Source of the DNA: Balanoglossus misakiensis
Lineage: Eukaryota; Animalia; Hemichordata
NCBI GenBank assembly: GCA_040954595.2
Contig: CM082577.2
Span: 1,612,001-1,676,000 of the forward strand
Length of the DNA stretch: 64,000 bases
Reading direction: 5' to 3'
The translations under genes were made by a program, and so were the position numbers. The notes under the pieces are model-generated. The model was given only the letters and a program-made list of their open reading frames with translations. It did no database searches and was not told the DNA's origin. Positions 36,325 to 52,000 of this stretch are shown one piece after another (position 1 is the stretch's first letter; each line of letters starts with the position of its first letter).

Positions 36325-36342
36325 TGCCACAAGGGGGCGCCA
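36325..36342 (+). promoter_or_regulatory. Strong CTCF-like motif
   Basis: TGCCACAAGGGGGCGCCA just beyond the 3' end of DHX40. A further match, TTCTAGAGGGCGCCA, lies at about 34200-34214. Confidence 0.55.
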
Positions 36343-37005
36343 TGGCAGCTATTTGAAACAATTTTTCACCCCGTACACGTGTTCACGTTCCCACATGCCA
36401 TTGCAACTGTAAAAACCCGCGGCATATGAACATTTGCTTTTACATAAAAATATGGACAACTCAGATTTAACAACATTCTGTAAAATTCTTCAGATGGAAC
36501 CCTTTGAAAAATAATTTACATTAATAACTTGTTCATGAAGACATATATACTCTGAGAACACGACAGCAAATATCCATATTGTAAATAAAAACGAATAAAC
36601 AAAGTGCAAAATAAGAACATATTGTGAACATTCAAAATCATTCAGATAACTGGTTTTGCACATAAACACTAACACTACCTAACTGGACATATTTTACATT
36701 TTACAAGATGATTTTTCTTGAGTGTCTGACGTTTATGCAGTAAATTCAAGTACCTAAACGCTTTATATGAATTTGAACCTGAACATATACATGGAAAGTA
36801 CATGATCATAATTGATGATTGCACATATCCCAGAAAATGGCAGTATTTGGAACTGGCACTGGCTATCTGTTGTCATTTCTGTGCTTTATGTCATACATTC
36901 AGATGGTAGAATAAGGCCTTTATTTGAAATACTTAAAAAATATATATATTCCACACTTGAACACTTGACAGTGCATTTCAAGCAGTATCACACAGATAAA
37001 ATGTG

Positions 37006-40000
37006 CTATCTGTCTGATGTGCTAGGTCTGTTTTGTTTTCTCTCCAAGTAACGCCTCTTTGCTTCTGCAATTGATGACTCTGTGTTACGTTTACTCATTT
37101 TTCTTGCAACCATTTCTGCATCTGCAATTAGAATACGTCGTTGGTTTTGGCTTCATGGAAGAGCAGAAAATACCATGCCCATTCCTGACCTTTTTTCCAA
37201 TATAAAACCTGCCATCTTTGAATGTGACATAGCTTTACATGAGAAAGCGAAGTTTCTGGGAGATGAATCTGCATAAAAATATATTAGGTACTTCTGAAAC
37301 ATCTGTTTCTCAAAATAAATCATTTGATCTTTTTACTACATTCAACGTGCAATCCTACCTTCTGATCTCTTAGCAGGAGTTCTCATTTCTGTTGTCTCTT
37401 CAATCTTTTGTTTGTCTTGATTCTCCATCTGCAGACAGCCACTCAGTGAATACACATCAAGCTCATGCAATCTTGGCAGAAAGTCTTTTATCCATTCATA
37501 ACGCACCTGCAAATTAATTGGGATCATATACCTATCCATATAACTAAGACAAACACAAAATAGTAACAGCACAGTCAACCAGAAGAAAATAGAAGATTTT
37601 AGCACTGCTTGAACAAGATGAGAGTGCAGACCATTTTGAAGTGTGCAGTCACTATTTTTATCATGTTTTGCACCGAGAAACTATTGTTTTCTAGTGTTCT
37701 TGAAAACAAAAGAGATCAGAACAACGAAGAATAAGTGGGTTGGCTATTTACTACGGACACAATTCCGTGTTAAAGCAAAATTCCAAATTTGAAAACACTT
37801 TTTGTGCTAATACCCAAATTTAATTTTTTGTGAATTTGCTTGGCATCTGGAAAGGTGTTTGAACTGAACTAGCTCAGTGAACTTGTTCTGCTCTTTCAAA
37901 GGCTGTGCGGAACGCTCAGAGGTCACAGTGACTTGCCTGTCAAGGTGACCCTTGTTAAACAAGTTTCCCTGGAAACATATTACGCTTCAATTACGCACTA
38001 TCTGCAGGCCATGCTCAAAAAATCCGACTTTAAGTTCACCATTTACCGCACAGAATTCAAGAATAGAGAATCTGATGTCATTATAAAACAGAGTTTCCGA
38101 GAATTAATAATAGCAATGTCCTGAAGATGTCTGCAAGGGTACTGAAAAATAAAACTGCACTGTAAGTGGAACACGCAGGAAGAACGGAAGTATGGGTTAA
38201 AGTGTTTTGAAGGCATCACAGATTGGACATGCAATCAATGGAAATGATCTACAGTCTGTAGGCAAGTTGACGCAGGCTGTTCAGATATCTGATTGTCCTA
38301 GCTTTGTGTACATGAATCTCACCGTGTAATACTAGCAGCTGTCTATTAATTGACAGAGAGATTCACTGAGAGATGTGGTTCTGTTCGCATGCAAAGCATA
38401 CAACTTACACAAAGTAAAAAGAGTACACATTTGAATAAAGGAAATGGAACCTTGCTTACATATACATGAACATGTATCCTGGTCTTCAAAAAATATACTC
38501 CAGCTTTTTCAAACTAAGCTTAATGTTTGATTTCAATATTTTCATGGAAGGTAATGTTTTACATGAAACAGGTGCTTTGTCAGAGCTCTTCTCTTTTTGG
38601 AGAGGTTGTGACACTTGTGTGACACAGTGTTTTTACAAAAGAAAGTGCGTCAATTTAATTCAGCATACTTACGGGACAGACAGTCCTCAGGAAGACTTTA
38701 CTGGTCCAGACAACCTCGTGAAAAATCAACCAATCAAGATCCGCTTCTTGGCCAAAAAGCTGAAGATTGATGAAAACAATTGCTTCAGATATAATGTGAA
38801 CAGGAATGAAATATTCCACAATACAGGCATCACTATTATGACTTTTTAAAGTTGCAGGCAGACTACCCTCGACTCAGACAATCAATCTCATTGCAAGACA
38901 TCTTGTTGCAAGTTCTAATTGCGGGGTCAAAGCATTAGGCCTGGATGGGCCATAAATTCTAGACACCTCAATTAGTTAAAGAAGTTTATATGTATATGTA
39001 CATGTACCTTGTCACAAGCCATTTCTCTAAGTTTAGTCTATTCACAGCTTGAAGACCCCTGCGGCTTATGACTAGACACATGAAATACTCACAACACAAG
39101 TCATGCTGAAATCAGCATGCATGCTATGCCTTCTGAAGGTAACTTGTGAGATTTATGAAAACATACTTACAATTTTGTTAGTCATTAGTTAGATTGTTCA
39201 AATTACCATAATTATAATTCTAAGAACATTAGAAAAACTTCTGAGACAGTTTTTGAAAACATATATTCTGTGTGATTGTGTGAAAATATGTGTGGACTTC
39301 TGATCATCTTTTTCTCAGTTATACTATTTAGAAGACAAGTGCATGGCAGAAGAATCCACTTACAGAAGAAGATGGATGAATGAACACAGGAGTTGCATGT
39401 CCATCCATTGTGATGAACCCTCTGCCTGTCACAGCCTTCCTTGCAACTTTGTTGTAGTACCCGGTGCACAAGGTTCTTCGAAGTAATTCACTTTGTGCTC
39501 CTGAAATTTTGTCTCGGGGAAAACTGGAAGACTATAACAAAGTGATACAAGTGATCTTTCTCAGATAAGTTAGGGGTGCACAGATTTTGATTTCAAGATG
39601 AATCACATTGGTCATGTACAGCAGAATACATTTGACATTCAAAGACCACCTAAGTTAATGATATGTAACTTAGACAGATACTTTATTAATAATGTGAATG
39701 GTGTCTACTGGTAGTCTAGAAATCAACTGTTCTGTTGAATGAAATAATCTGCTACCCTACCTGCATTTGTTTGTTGAGAATTGATTCCAACTGTTTGCAG
39801 ATACTTAACGCCATCTTGACACCCCTCCAATGAACAAAATGGTTCCGACACCAACGACTGGGCGATTCACTGTGGATATAGCAAAATTAAAGAAAGACTG
39901 ATGCTTTTCTATGAAAGTAAAACTACAACTGCGTCATTTCTTTCAAACTTCTGCCATACTTATACAGTATGCCAAAATTATGAGAAAGTTTGAAATTTTG

Positions 40001-43000
40001 CAAATTGCCCTTTAACGTGTACATAGTATAAACCACCCTTTAAACATGTTCAATTGACGCAAAACAATGAAAGAGGCACTTCATGAGTCTCCCTCCTTAA
40101 TGTATGTCATGATTCCAAATGTGATCAATCCAGTCAACAGTCAAATAACCTTGACTGAAAGACATTCACATTAGCAGTCTACTTCCCCCCTTTGCCCTCC
40201 AGGTACACGACATTCTTCCCAGTTGGATGATTCAAATCTGTCATTGTGGGGCAAGACACAAGATGACATGCCTAGAATCAAACCAATTAATTCCTGGAAT
40301 TGAAGTGAACAGACTTATAAAAAAAGAGCAGAATTTCAAACTATCACTCCTGCCCTGTGGACATGTGTGTCATATCGGTATGTCATGAACAGCCTTGACA
40401 AACCATCGGTGACATTCAGTAAATCTTGTCTGTTTCCTGGACTAGTGAAAGCAGGACATTTTTTTATTCAAGTGGGAGTTGGATATTATCTGTTTGTGTT
40501 TATCCCATGACCATACCATTTATCATGTTCCATTGACTGCAACACAACATTATCTCAGTTGTCAAAGAACTGCAACTGCCCATCAGGCATTTAAGTATAC
40601 AAATTAAAAGTAGATTACAACAGAAGTAATTGCATCGTTCTGATATTGATGTATTAATGCCTGCTAGCAAAATAATCTATCAAATAGAACCATCTTTGCC
40701 ACTAAAACGTAGCATTTTAATTGCCCTTAAAATATACAACATGATGAAGCTCATTGTAGATATTAAATGACAGATTTTGTTGCCTTCTGTGCAGATGAAG
40801 GATATTCAGCAAAGTCAGCAATTGTATTTAATGGATTTCTCTGTTTCATTTCATGTCACCAATGATCTATTCTGTTATTGACATCTTCATGCCTTTGAGC
40901 AATATACAATATCAAAGGAGTGAATCTTTCTTTCTTTGAAATCCAGTACTTGTGGAAATTGATGCAATCAGAAATCAAGTAATGCTTCACAAATGAAACT
41001 GATTTTAGGTTGTACTATTCCCCAAACAATTACAGACATCATCTAATGAATGACACTCTTTGTGGTTTTTACATGTCATGAATATGCATAGCTGACATCT
41101 TGTTGTGGGACATACATACGAGAAAACATGTTGAACCTGTGTAACTTTCAAAGCTCTATCCAATAAAGAACAGCAAATTTGAACACTCCATTAAAGTGAA
41201 GGTAGCACTGTGATGAAGCTTGATTAATTTGATGAGAAATCCCAGTACACTTAGATAATGTATCACATAAGATTTAGAACACAGGATAGTGGAGATATTG
41301 TTACTCCTAGCTGTACAGCCATTTTAATTAATGCATTCATCTTCTTGCTACCACAGGCAATCTCTCGCTGATGCTAGTCCCCTATCAGATTCCACATATA
41401 TTTCATGAGCTATCATTTTATCTCCTTCGCTGTTGTGTAATAAAATGTCTGACTGAATCAAGTAGATGGCGCTGATGAGATCGAAGTTGTGGAAGGAAAT
41501 ACTTGCATTTATTGTTGTTTTAGGGTCCAAATGCAGGTACTTTTGCTACCTCTTAGACATTGAATAGAAATTTGGAAGTTGGATGACTACTTCTAAAATT
41601 GATGTAGATGGTATTCCACTGATGAATCATTTATTAACATTAAACTGCACTATAGTTACCTTTCTTTACACTTTTGATAGATATAGAGCAAAGTTGCAAA
41701 ATCGTTAACACCTCCAGCACTTGTTGCTAGGTCCGTGTGGGCCTTAGTGGCTGCAACTTGTTGTTTTTCATCACCTGAAAAACAAAATGAATATAAAACA
41801 GTTATTTTTATGCAAGGATGGTTGAGTGATAATTAAGTCAGTCCAGGGCTTGCTGTAACTGTATAAGTGCTCACTGCAAAACTCAATTCTGACCTTACAT
41901 TTGTTAGTCAGTTGTTAGAGCATTCTGAAAACATGTTCCATATAGGAATATCTTTCAAGATCTGGCTGCAAAGATGCGACATTCACAGAACTTAGATTTG
42001 TAGATATACTCCCGGGAACGCATGAAGTGTCCGAAATATATCGCATTAAACTCTGTCAGTAACTAAAGACAAGCGACATCAGTAACTAAAGACAAGCGAC
42101 ATTAAACAACAAACACAAGGCTTTTGAATTGTGTGATTGACTGATCTAATACATGTAGCTAGAATAGTGACTGTCGTGATTAATGGATATGTCACAGTAG
42201 ATGGAGCAGATAAAGATATCCTGTTATCATGGATGGATAGACAAATAATTATACCTTTTCCTGTGGGTGCATATACTGCATATCAGAATCAAAAGATGTG
42301 AGACACATTACTACACAGACACAGAGTACTGAGTTTGCCAATTTCGCCAGAAATGTGATACTAATTCGATTGAAGGATAGATCAAGAGAAGATCTGATTT
42401 GTATTTTATTAGATTCAAACCCAAACCGCAGCAATTCACACAAGAAAAACAAACTGGATAAGCAGTCTGAGGGAAATGAATTAGTGGTTTACAAATAGAC
42501 AGAGATGAGATTGATCAATAGACGCTTTTAGATGAACTATTGTTCAACCCTTTTCCCCCATCTGGCATTGTTGACTTCAGGCTATTCATCGTAGACCCTT
42601 TTTACAGGCACAGTCTTTATTCTGACATCTTTAAAATTTGACATGTTATCAGCATCATCGACCGCACCTAATATGAGGAGTATGTTAAGCCTCCATACCA
42701 ATTTGATTGATTAGTTTATAAAAACTGCAAAAAAGTTATGCAAACTGATTGCAGTATGAATGCTTTGATCAATTCATCAAAAGTGAATTTGCAAAATTTA
42801 GCAATACATATTGCGAGTACGTGATAATCTTATCCATTAAACTCAATAGTCGTTCATCAATTTTCATACGTTAACGGCTTTTACGTGATGATCTTTTTGA
42901 TGTAACTCTCAGCGAGTGAGCTCACCCGCAGTGAAAGCCTATTCATGATTCAGGGAGGCTGATACACGCAGGCAGATTTGACAATCAATAGGTAATTCAC

Positions 43001-46000
43001 CTGGGAAAGACTGCGCGAAACCTACTACGGCATGTAACCCCCTTGTGTGACATGCTTAAATGTCACTGCACGCCAGACAAATGAGTATGCTTCATAATGC
43101 CCACACTGCCAGTTGAAAGATTTTGAAAGGTTTCCACGAATATGGTTCACACGTAGCGGAAATTTAAAGAAAACATTATTGCAAAGGAGGATATTGAAGG
43201 ACAGATGGACATCTTCTGGCAAGCTATGTTAAGCAGACTTTATTCACACCAAACACATTCTTCTTGAACAGCAAATATGACTTTCTATATAGGATATATA
43301 TAGTTTGCCCATTAATCATAATTCTTCTCTTCAATGCAGTATCAAAGATTTTCATTACAATCTGATGTGGCTTACAAAATTAAATCATCTTGCATTTCAT
43401 GGTATTCAAACTCAGACCTACTATGCTAATGAGATGAAAGTTGTCATGTATATGTTCTGAAATGGCATATGTGGGGATCATAAGAAGCAAAACATTACTT
43501 TAAAACATCTAAACACAGAGACTTGGAATGTTCTTTTTATCATGACAACATTGGGTGTTAATTCTAAAATTGCCAATATACCTACCAGGTCTTACGTAAA
43601 TATTTTCCACAGACAACATCGCAGCAATGGGTAACATTACATCTGAACATCCCATCATGCCAGAATGTATCACTGCACGAGATAATCCTGGTGTTAGCGG
43701 ATAATCTACCATTTGTCGCCCTAATCCAGTGATGTAACCATTCCTGAAGAAATTCAATGATTTAGTCACTGCATTCAGATATTCTGCTAAAGATACAGGA
43801 AATGTCAGCGATATCAAAAGAGGCAACTGTTACTATACAAATATTTTTTGTGTACTCGTATTTCACTAACTGCATCAATATCTCTGAAAAACATTTTTAC
43901 GCAACTTTTTATTTTCAGTTTTTTCTGGCTCTCGCAAAGTTTGCGAATATTTCCTGTTTTACAGTAGTATTCTTCTGTAACTGAATTTACAAACGGATTG
44001 TTGTTCTACGACTTCACGAGTGAGAGAGTACGTCATAAGGGTATTCTCCCTTGAATAACTATTAAATGACTTGTCTCCATCACAATATAATCAAACCTCC
44101 CCTTCTCACACAGTAAATGGACTGCTGATTCCTTATAAAAAACAATTACATACACGTATTCTCATGAAAAACATCTATCAACCCACACAAATTACCTGTC
44201 TTTGCTTGACTGCCAAAAATAAACTTCCCCTCTTAGAATATTGACTGTCCAACCAGTCACCAGCTCCTCTATAAAGATTATTCTTTTCTTAACGAGAAAA
44301 TGAGTCCTTACCTCCTTTCACCAAAACTACTGATTGTTACTTTGGAAATGATGCATAATCAACCTTATAGAAATGTCGGCTGAGCAAATAATTTTTTCAT
44401 CAACAGCCAGAATAAAATTTTGGAAAACCAAGCATGACTGCAATTTATTTAATGCCATAAAAGCATTTCAGCGTAATATACATGTACAGACAGGAAAGGA
44501 ATAGAAAAAGGCAGAATGCTTTAGGCCTACGCACAATCACTAAAACTCTCGTTTACATGTAGCCATATGTTTGCTTTTTTTCAGATCCAGTAAACAGTCT
44601 GCTCACCCCTGCAGCAAGAATTTGGAATAATCCAGTTGACCACTGTTTGGTGTGTTCACTTTCATACAGCCAATCGGTCAGTGAAGATCATTTTGGAGAC
44701 TGATAAAAGGTGTGTACTATTTATTTACTAACTATTTATTTATTGCAATCATAAATATATTATTTAAGAGCCTTCCTACTCTGGGTGTTATAAGATTTTA
44801 ATATTTGTCTGAACAGCCTCTGATACGTACAGGATTTGAATTTAAGGTTTAAGTTATATGGTATCTGTATGAATCAATATAAAAGAAAAACTTGGGTACT
44901 AGCCCACAGTCCATTAAAACCGGAAACCACAATTATCCGAGTCTGCTCCACATAGATAGCACGCACGCAGATCAGTTTAGACTTTCAAAAAAAAACTTGC
45001 AGAGAAAAAGAAGGTTTCTGGCACAATGCAACCCTGCAGAAGGCAAACTGAACTTCCTATTCAAGTCAGACTTACAATCGCAAACTCACTTCAGGTGAGG
45101 TTAACTGCTTTTCAAACAATGTCGTGGTAAAATGATTACATGCAGATTTGAGTTTCATATTTGATATATCAGCCGTGTCAAACAAATAAAAAAACATTTC
45201 ACTCACACTGAAATGACTCTAGTCCAGGTTATCAAAAGATACTACACGTGTCTCATATCACCACTTTAGCAAGTGTAAAATGTCAACCACATTTTCTCAT
45301 TTACCTTATATTGTTATTTGTTACTACAGGCCCATATCAATTCAGGCTGCTATACTTTACAGTTGACTGCGTATTGCCTCATACGTCTTGTGCATGTCAA
45401 TTGCGAAAATAATATCAAAAGTGATTTCCTTTTCCGACGATGAGAATGTTATCATCATAAAAACATCTATTGTGGAGTCGATTTTTACCATAAATTGGCA
45501 GTTCCAGATTTGTGGAAAGATTATTTTCTCTTTTTTATGGGTGGAGAGCTATAGGTGTTTCAGTTGTTGAATTAGAAACTGAAGTTCTCAATTGCAAGAA
45601 AAATCCCTGGGTTTTCACTTGTGCCTTACTGCAATAAGGACGACTTAACTGTATTGGCAGAAATTACTTGAAAGAAAACGAGAACTCAATAGTTGGGTGA
45701 AATTACGGAAGTAGCTCAAATGTTAGCAAAGATTAAACGGGGGACAATATTTGCAGTTGTGAGACATGAATCTGAAATGTGGATTTTGGCTTTAGTTGCT
45801 GACAGGCTGATTGCCGACTGATCGGGACTTCCCAAAGTGAGCAAGGAACACAAAAGGGACAATTTAGGTTCCATTCATAGTCTGTTTTCAACTTTGAATA
45901 CAGAATAGTGGAAAATAGAAAGATATACTTCAATTGATTATGCACAAGTTATAGAGGCTTTTCAAAGTTTGCATATGCATGTAATGATAGGAATTTTTTA

Positions 46001-49000
46001 GGTAGAAGAGGCTGTGCTGAACAAACTGGTGTTACAGTAACTTATAGTAAAGCTGTATGTACGGTAAGAATAACATACTGGAGAAATGCTTTAGAAAAAA
46101 ATTTTTGTTTAAAGAAAATTTCTTCAAGTTGGTCGTGACTGTGGTTCTATGATGTCAAGGACACACACTGGATGTGCTGGTACACCTGATTGTTTCACTA
46201 ACTACATCGTTCTGAAATGTTGATTTTGCATATTATTCTCTTCTTCGTGGTCGTAAATTTTCAAATCCCCAATGCCCTACTTCCGTGACAATTTCATTTG
46301 CATTAAGAGCAGATGGCAATGTTGGCAACATTTACCAGGTCAAGTTCAACCAGAGGATGAGTAAATCAAGCTGAATGATGTTTGAGTCACCTACTGCACT
46401 TGCGTCGACTTCCTACATGCCAAATTGGCAGATAGACTATTTAGTTTTGATTTTTTCAAATCACTCGCCTAAGCTTTGCAAATTGCATGTCATATATACA
46501 TGCATTTATATTAAGAAATTTCACTGCGCAACCAAAGGTGCTGAGAAAGAATGTTCTCGCAATTTACATAAACCCCCTCTCCAATAAATGCTGAATGACT
46601 TACTTATCAATGGCTTCAAAGTAATAGAGCTGCCTCAAAGCTTCCAGCAACATTCTTTCTTCGGGAGGATCGAGAAAATGAAATCTGTCAGGGAAAACAC
46701 CGCAGAACAAGGCTTGAATGTGTGATATCTGTGCAGTGAGCAGGAATCAAAATTCTTTGATCACAAGCAACACAGTGAAAGAATAAGATGATTATAATGT
46801 TAGCGACGTGAACATAACGACAGTGTTGATTGATGTCAATGATATGTAGTGGACAGGATTCAACCGTACGAAGGTGCCAAAAATGCAGACATTCCTGTTG
46901 TTAGTGTCTCATTTGAATGAGATTGATCGTCAGATTCTATGCAAATGTACTCTTTTTACATTTAAATTGCCAATCTGGCGGACATATTAGATTGTCTAAT
47001 GAAGTAATTAATGTGCATACACATCACTTTTCCTCACATCAACAGTCCTGCCTTTGGCTCAGGATGATTATGTCACGTAGATACCTCAGTCAGAGAGCTA
47101 GAGTGGCAATTGCTAACGTCGACATATCTATACACGTGTATCATTATCTTCGCACGACTCAGTTGAAGTCTTCATGGGAATATCAAATATGATATCACAA
47201 TTTTAAATTCACATTTCCCCCACTACACACACACAAACAGCTCATATTTGATGTCTGCGATTGTACCCTGCAAGTCTGGAATAAAATACAATGTGAAGTC
47301 AATAATCAGCAATTTGTTGACTTCAGGCAGAGAGAGTTTCAAGAGTTTGCTGTGATTCACTGCAAAATCATGCATGTCTGTGTCTTCATTTCGTGTTTAC
47401 AATGACAAAACTGAACAGTTTCTGGGGCAATGTGTTCCAGACAACTTGGCGTAGCACAATTACTGGAGAGCGTTTCACTACAACTTTATTCAATTGCTTG
47501 AGGAAGAACGTGTCAATGCAAAAAGAGAGTTATGTGCAGCAAGTGAGTGTATCCTTACAGCTATCTCGGCCAAAACTAGGACTTTTAAAATACACACCTT
47601 TCATAAAATCGAGGGAAAAATTGCAATTTGGCATAAAACAAACTGGCAGTTTGTAAATTACATTACTGAAGAAAATAACATATGAACTGGAAATAGATTT
47701 ATAGGTAGTTATTGCTATCAGCCTAGACCCATTGCATGCCAGGATGTTATCTCATTCTCATTATCTTTAAATGTCCTTCACACCCTTATGTTACACACGT
47801 TTCCTCATCAGAAATAACGGATGGCAAGGCATGAGGTCTATCTGAATTACAGTATACATTACCTGAACATTGTTAATGCAAGGCTAAATTTCTGGCTATA
47901 AAACCTGTGATGGTGATTTTTCTGTGCCAGGTACCGGTGTATAAATAACGCACATTCAATGGCCTCGGTACGTTTCTGCTCAGCCTCACGTAGACACCCT
48001 CCATCATCTCACTTTCAATACATCATACACCAGAGTTGATGACATTGGGCAGATAAATTGCTCCATAAAAGCAGGCAGGTCATATTATCAATGGCAACAA
48101 ATACACCCCCACAAAATGAATTACGATAAATCTTTAAATGTTTCAACCTTCCCCTACAGACATTGCCACATGGCGTGTGAACGTGTATCAATATGCGGCA
48201 GAGTTTCACGTAGTTTGGGCACTGTGATTGACGGGGAACGATTAAGGTGTATTTCCATGTATGGTGACATATTTGTGAATAGGCTGTATTTTCTACCCTC
48301 AAATAATATGTGTTCAGTATGGTAGGAGTGCAGATTTTCTTACTCTTTAGTCTGTTCTGAAGGGAGGGGACGTGGAGAAAAGGGGAGGATGGGAGGGACT
48401 GGCCAATTAGATGGTGATTATGGTTAGGATGTACTGGTAGTCATCTGAAGACCACTTGAAACTTACACTTACCTTTTTTAAAACATCTTATAAAGAGTTC
48501 AATCAAATTGAATGGAGGGTAGCAATAGCTTTAACATTTTTTCCTGCACTTGTTCAGTGTGTCAGTTTTCAAGTCCAACTTCAAAAAGCATGTTGAAATG
48601 CTGACTTAGCCTTGGCAAACACAGTGAGGGTATATGTAGCCAGCACTGTAACTGTTGACAGTTAAATTTCATTTCTTCAGCAATGCTGGAATATGGTACG
48701 TTCAATTAACTTTATAACACTTGATTTGACATGAAATATTCAGAAAGTACATTCCTGGCACACCTCACCTGTTTCCCCTGGGCACAAATTACAACGCTGG
48801 ATATTGCAAATAAAATATCATCACTTACGGTGCTATTAGCAACTGAAAGGTACGTACAATCGCTCTAAATTTAGTTTTTGGTGACTATAATACAATATGC
48901 CAGCTTACCCCAGTATGTTGTGTATTCCCATACATTTTAACGTCAGCACCACAGTCGTCAAACTTGTTCGCTGAATTTCTGGCACCATGTTTTCAGTCAT

Positions 49001-52000
49001 ACATGTATCATAAAAACATCTGGAAACAGGAGGCAAACAGACCAAAAAATTATTGTGAGGTTTTTTAAATCTACGATTACATCATATTTTTTAGCAATTT
49101 AGTAATTATGAAAAGGCAGACACTTTAAAGGGGAACAGCTACAAAATGTCTGTCAAAATTAACTTGATACACTTATGCATTTATCATGTTTGGAGTTGAA
49201 TCAATTCATTTCTGAGATTATACACACATTGACAACATCCTCTTTGGTGAAACTCCAATACAGCAACACACAATCAATGCTGTTTGTTCAGAGGTACAGT
49301 TGGATAGATGGTTTTCCTGTTTTCCAGTAGATCATTGACTATCACAGGCAGAATAACGATTCAGTACTATCGTTTTAGTCGTGTACTGCACACAAACAGC
49401 TCATAATGTCAAAAGTTCACAAAATAGGTCATCATGAACCTTGAGAATCATTACAAAGGGATCTGAACAGGTACACAGATTTGCTGAAGTTTTGTGATTT
49501 GACAATAAAAAAAAAATTCTCTGCAAAATCAGCGTACATAGAGGTAATCAGGATATACCCATGGTTACATGAACATCCATTTTGTTGAAAACATGTGGTT
49601 GCCACGTACATGCATGTTGTTTTGTGGATATTCAATTGCCGAGTATGATTTTGACTGAAGGGTAACACATGTAAAGTATTATATCCATAATGTGCTAGCA
49701 TCAGTAGCATGATCGTAATGTTGCTGAATTGTGAATCATGTAGTCAAGACGTTGAGCCACAGTTCTATGCATTTCACTCTCACTTAAAGAGACTACAGTT
49801 CTTTGCCACATTTCCCATAATCGTAGAAATCAAAATTTTATGTACGGTCGTAAAACTAGGAAGGCTGCAGCCATAAACCTAAGGTAGGCAGGGTTAATGA
49901 AACCTGAATACTGTGTTAGTTACACCTGGAGGGAGCAGACGGGAATTGTAATGGTGTAATTTTGCTTTTAATCTTGCAATAACTGTATATTGTCCACCAT
50001 GAAGTGTTAACAAATTTCTGTCTACAGGAGATGTGTTATGTCCCTCATCTGTCGCCAGAATATCCACTAAAATTTTAAGTTTAGGTGTAAATATAAGCAT
50101 CAATCTGACGATTTTCACAAACAGTATGTGCAACACTCATCAGCACCAACAGAAGCTGGCAAAATGCAATGAATTGTATTGTAAACTTTAGATGGTACAA
50201 TCAATCTCATGGGGACCATGTGCTTATATTTAATTCCCATTTATAAAACACTTGAAATCTGGTTTGTTGTACGGTAGAGGAAAAGTGGTAAAATGATGTT
50301 AATGGGCTACATTTTTCATTTTCTCTTGTAGTAAAGTTTGAGGACTTTTTTTATATATCTGAACTGCTTTTAATGATTGCACATTATTCAAAGAACAGGA
50401 TACAGTTAAGTGTATATAGGTAATGAGATTTGTACTGCTCTGTCACTAAACCAACTAAAGTTTCAGCTAAATGTTATATTAATTTTTGCAAGGGTACTCC
50501 CTTTTTAAGTCGCTGCTTACAAGTAAGTAATTGAACATCTATTCCAATCCATCATTATCAGTTAAAATTCCAGTTTTCAATATATCTGTCCATATTTTGC
50601 CCAGAGAAACTAAATATACACTCTCATTAAAATCTGACGACAAAATCACTGCCATCCAAATAAATTCAGGGCTAGAGAAAAACACTGATTCTCCAACTGA
50701 CATTTAAAATGGCCGCCGAACCATTGGAAACATTGAAAGCATTTTCAAATCGACACAAAAACGAAATTTAACATACAAGTAATGAACATACATTGTCAAA
50801 AATGCTGGTCTCTCTGGCACAGTTTTTAGTTTATCAAAAGATGTCTTGGATAGAAAGGAATCAATATGTCATTCAGTGGCATCACAAATAGCAATGGACA
50901 CACATTCAAGTAACTCATTTCCTCAGGCCTCACGGTAAACTACTGGAAATTGGACCAAAAGATTAGTACTAAATGCAAAATGTACCGTGCAATATACCGG
51001 TATGCTGGTCGGTGAAATCCTTCAGGACTTTGTTGCGTTTAAACGCATTTAAATGCATGTTCAACCACATAATAACTCTGTAAGTATCCAATGGTGGGAA
51101 TCCAGAGAAATGTCAGATTTAATAATCACAGAATAATTTGCAACATATTACTAAAATGCACCTTAGGAACTGGAAATTATTTTCAAAATGCTCTTGCAAG
51201 ATGAAAAAACACACTCAAATTCCCTCATTTTTTTCTTTATGACATGTCAGAAAATAGGGAATGTATTTACCGGTACATACACGTAGGTTTAGATTTAAAG
51301 TCCCAGGAGTACTTTTAAGACCCTGTTTCCTTTCACAAGATTTCATTCAATTTTAAACTGTAGTCAACATCTTTGTATGTTTGTGGGCACCCTCCAGTTT
51401 GGTCTCATGACATTGCTTCTGTTAGATTTTCCTTTATTGGTATACACTTTACTCTCAAACGTAATGTGGAGGCAATCATCCAGAAGCCAATAACAGAGAG
51501 AAAGGTTGCAATACTAGTTTACAACCACTAACTATGATGTAAGACAAAATTAGCTTTCTTTACTCGATCCTTTCTGAGATTGTAATTGAGCAAATGCTGT
51601 TTTTGATGGCCATAATTGAGCAACTATCAATTTGAACAGGTACACAAAATCTTCCCTAAAGGTAATTTTCTATTGAATGACTATCATAAAAACTGAAAAA
51701 ATCAATATGTCAGGTGTTGTTGTTGGCTGCATGTTAAATAAGAGAGACAGCCAAACATGAAAAAGATGCAGTTGGGTCATGTTTGTGGTGACTGTTGGGA
51801 ATTGGATTTGAAATGTTATTCCAATATTACGCTTAAAATTTGAGCTGTAAAATGACAGATCAGAACACAACAGAACCTCAAAAATGGCCGTCATTATACC
51901 GGTACATCCATATGGAAACAATTCTGTCTCTTACTTACTTTGTATATATTCTGTAACATTTACCCGCCGTAGTCCTTCCGGCTCTACCAGCCCTTTGAAT

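Noticed and set aside
35562-42101. Short direct repeats as a CRISPR-like array
   Set aside because: They are only isolated two-copy tandem duplications without spacers, in a eukaryotic context.
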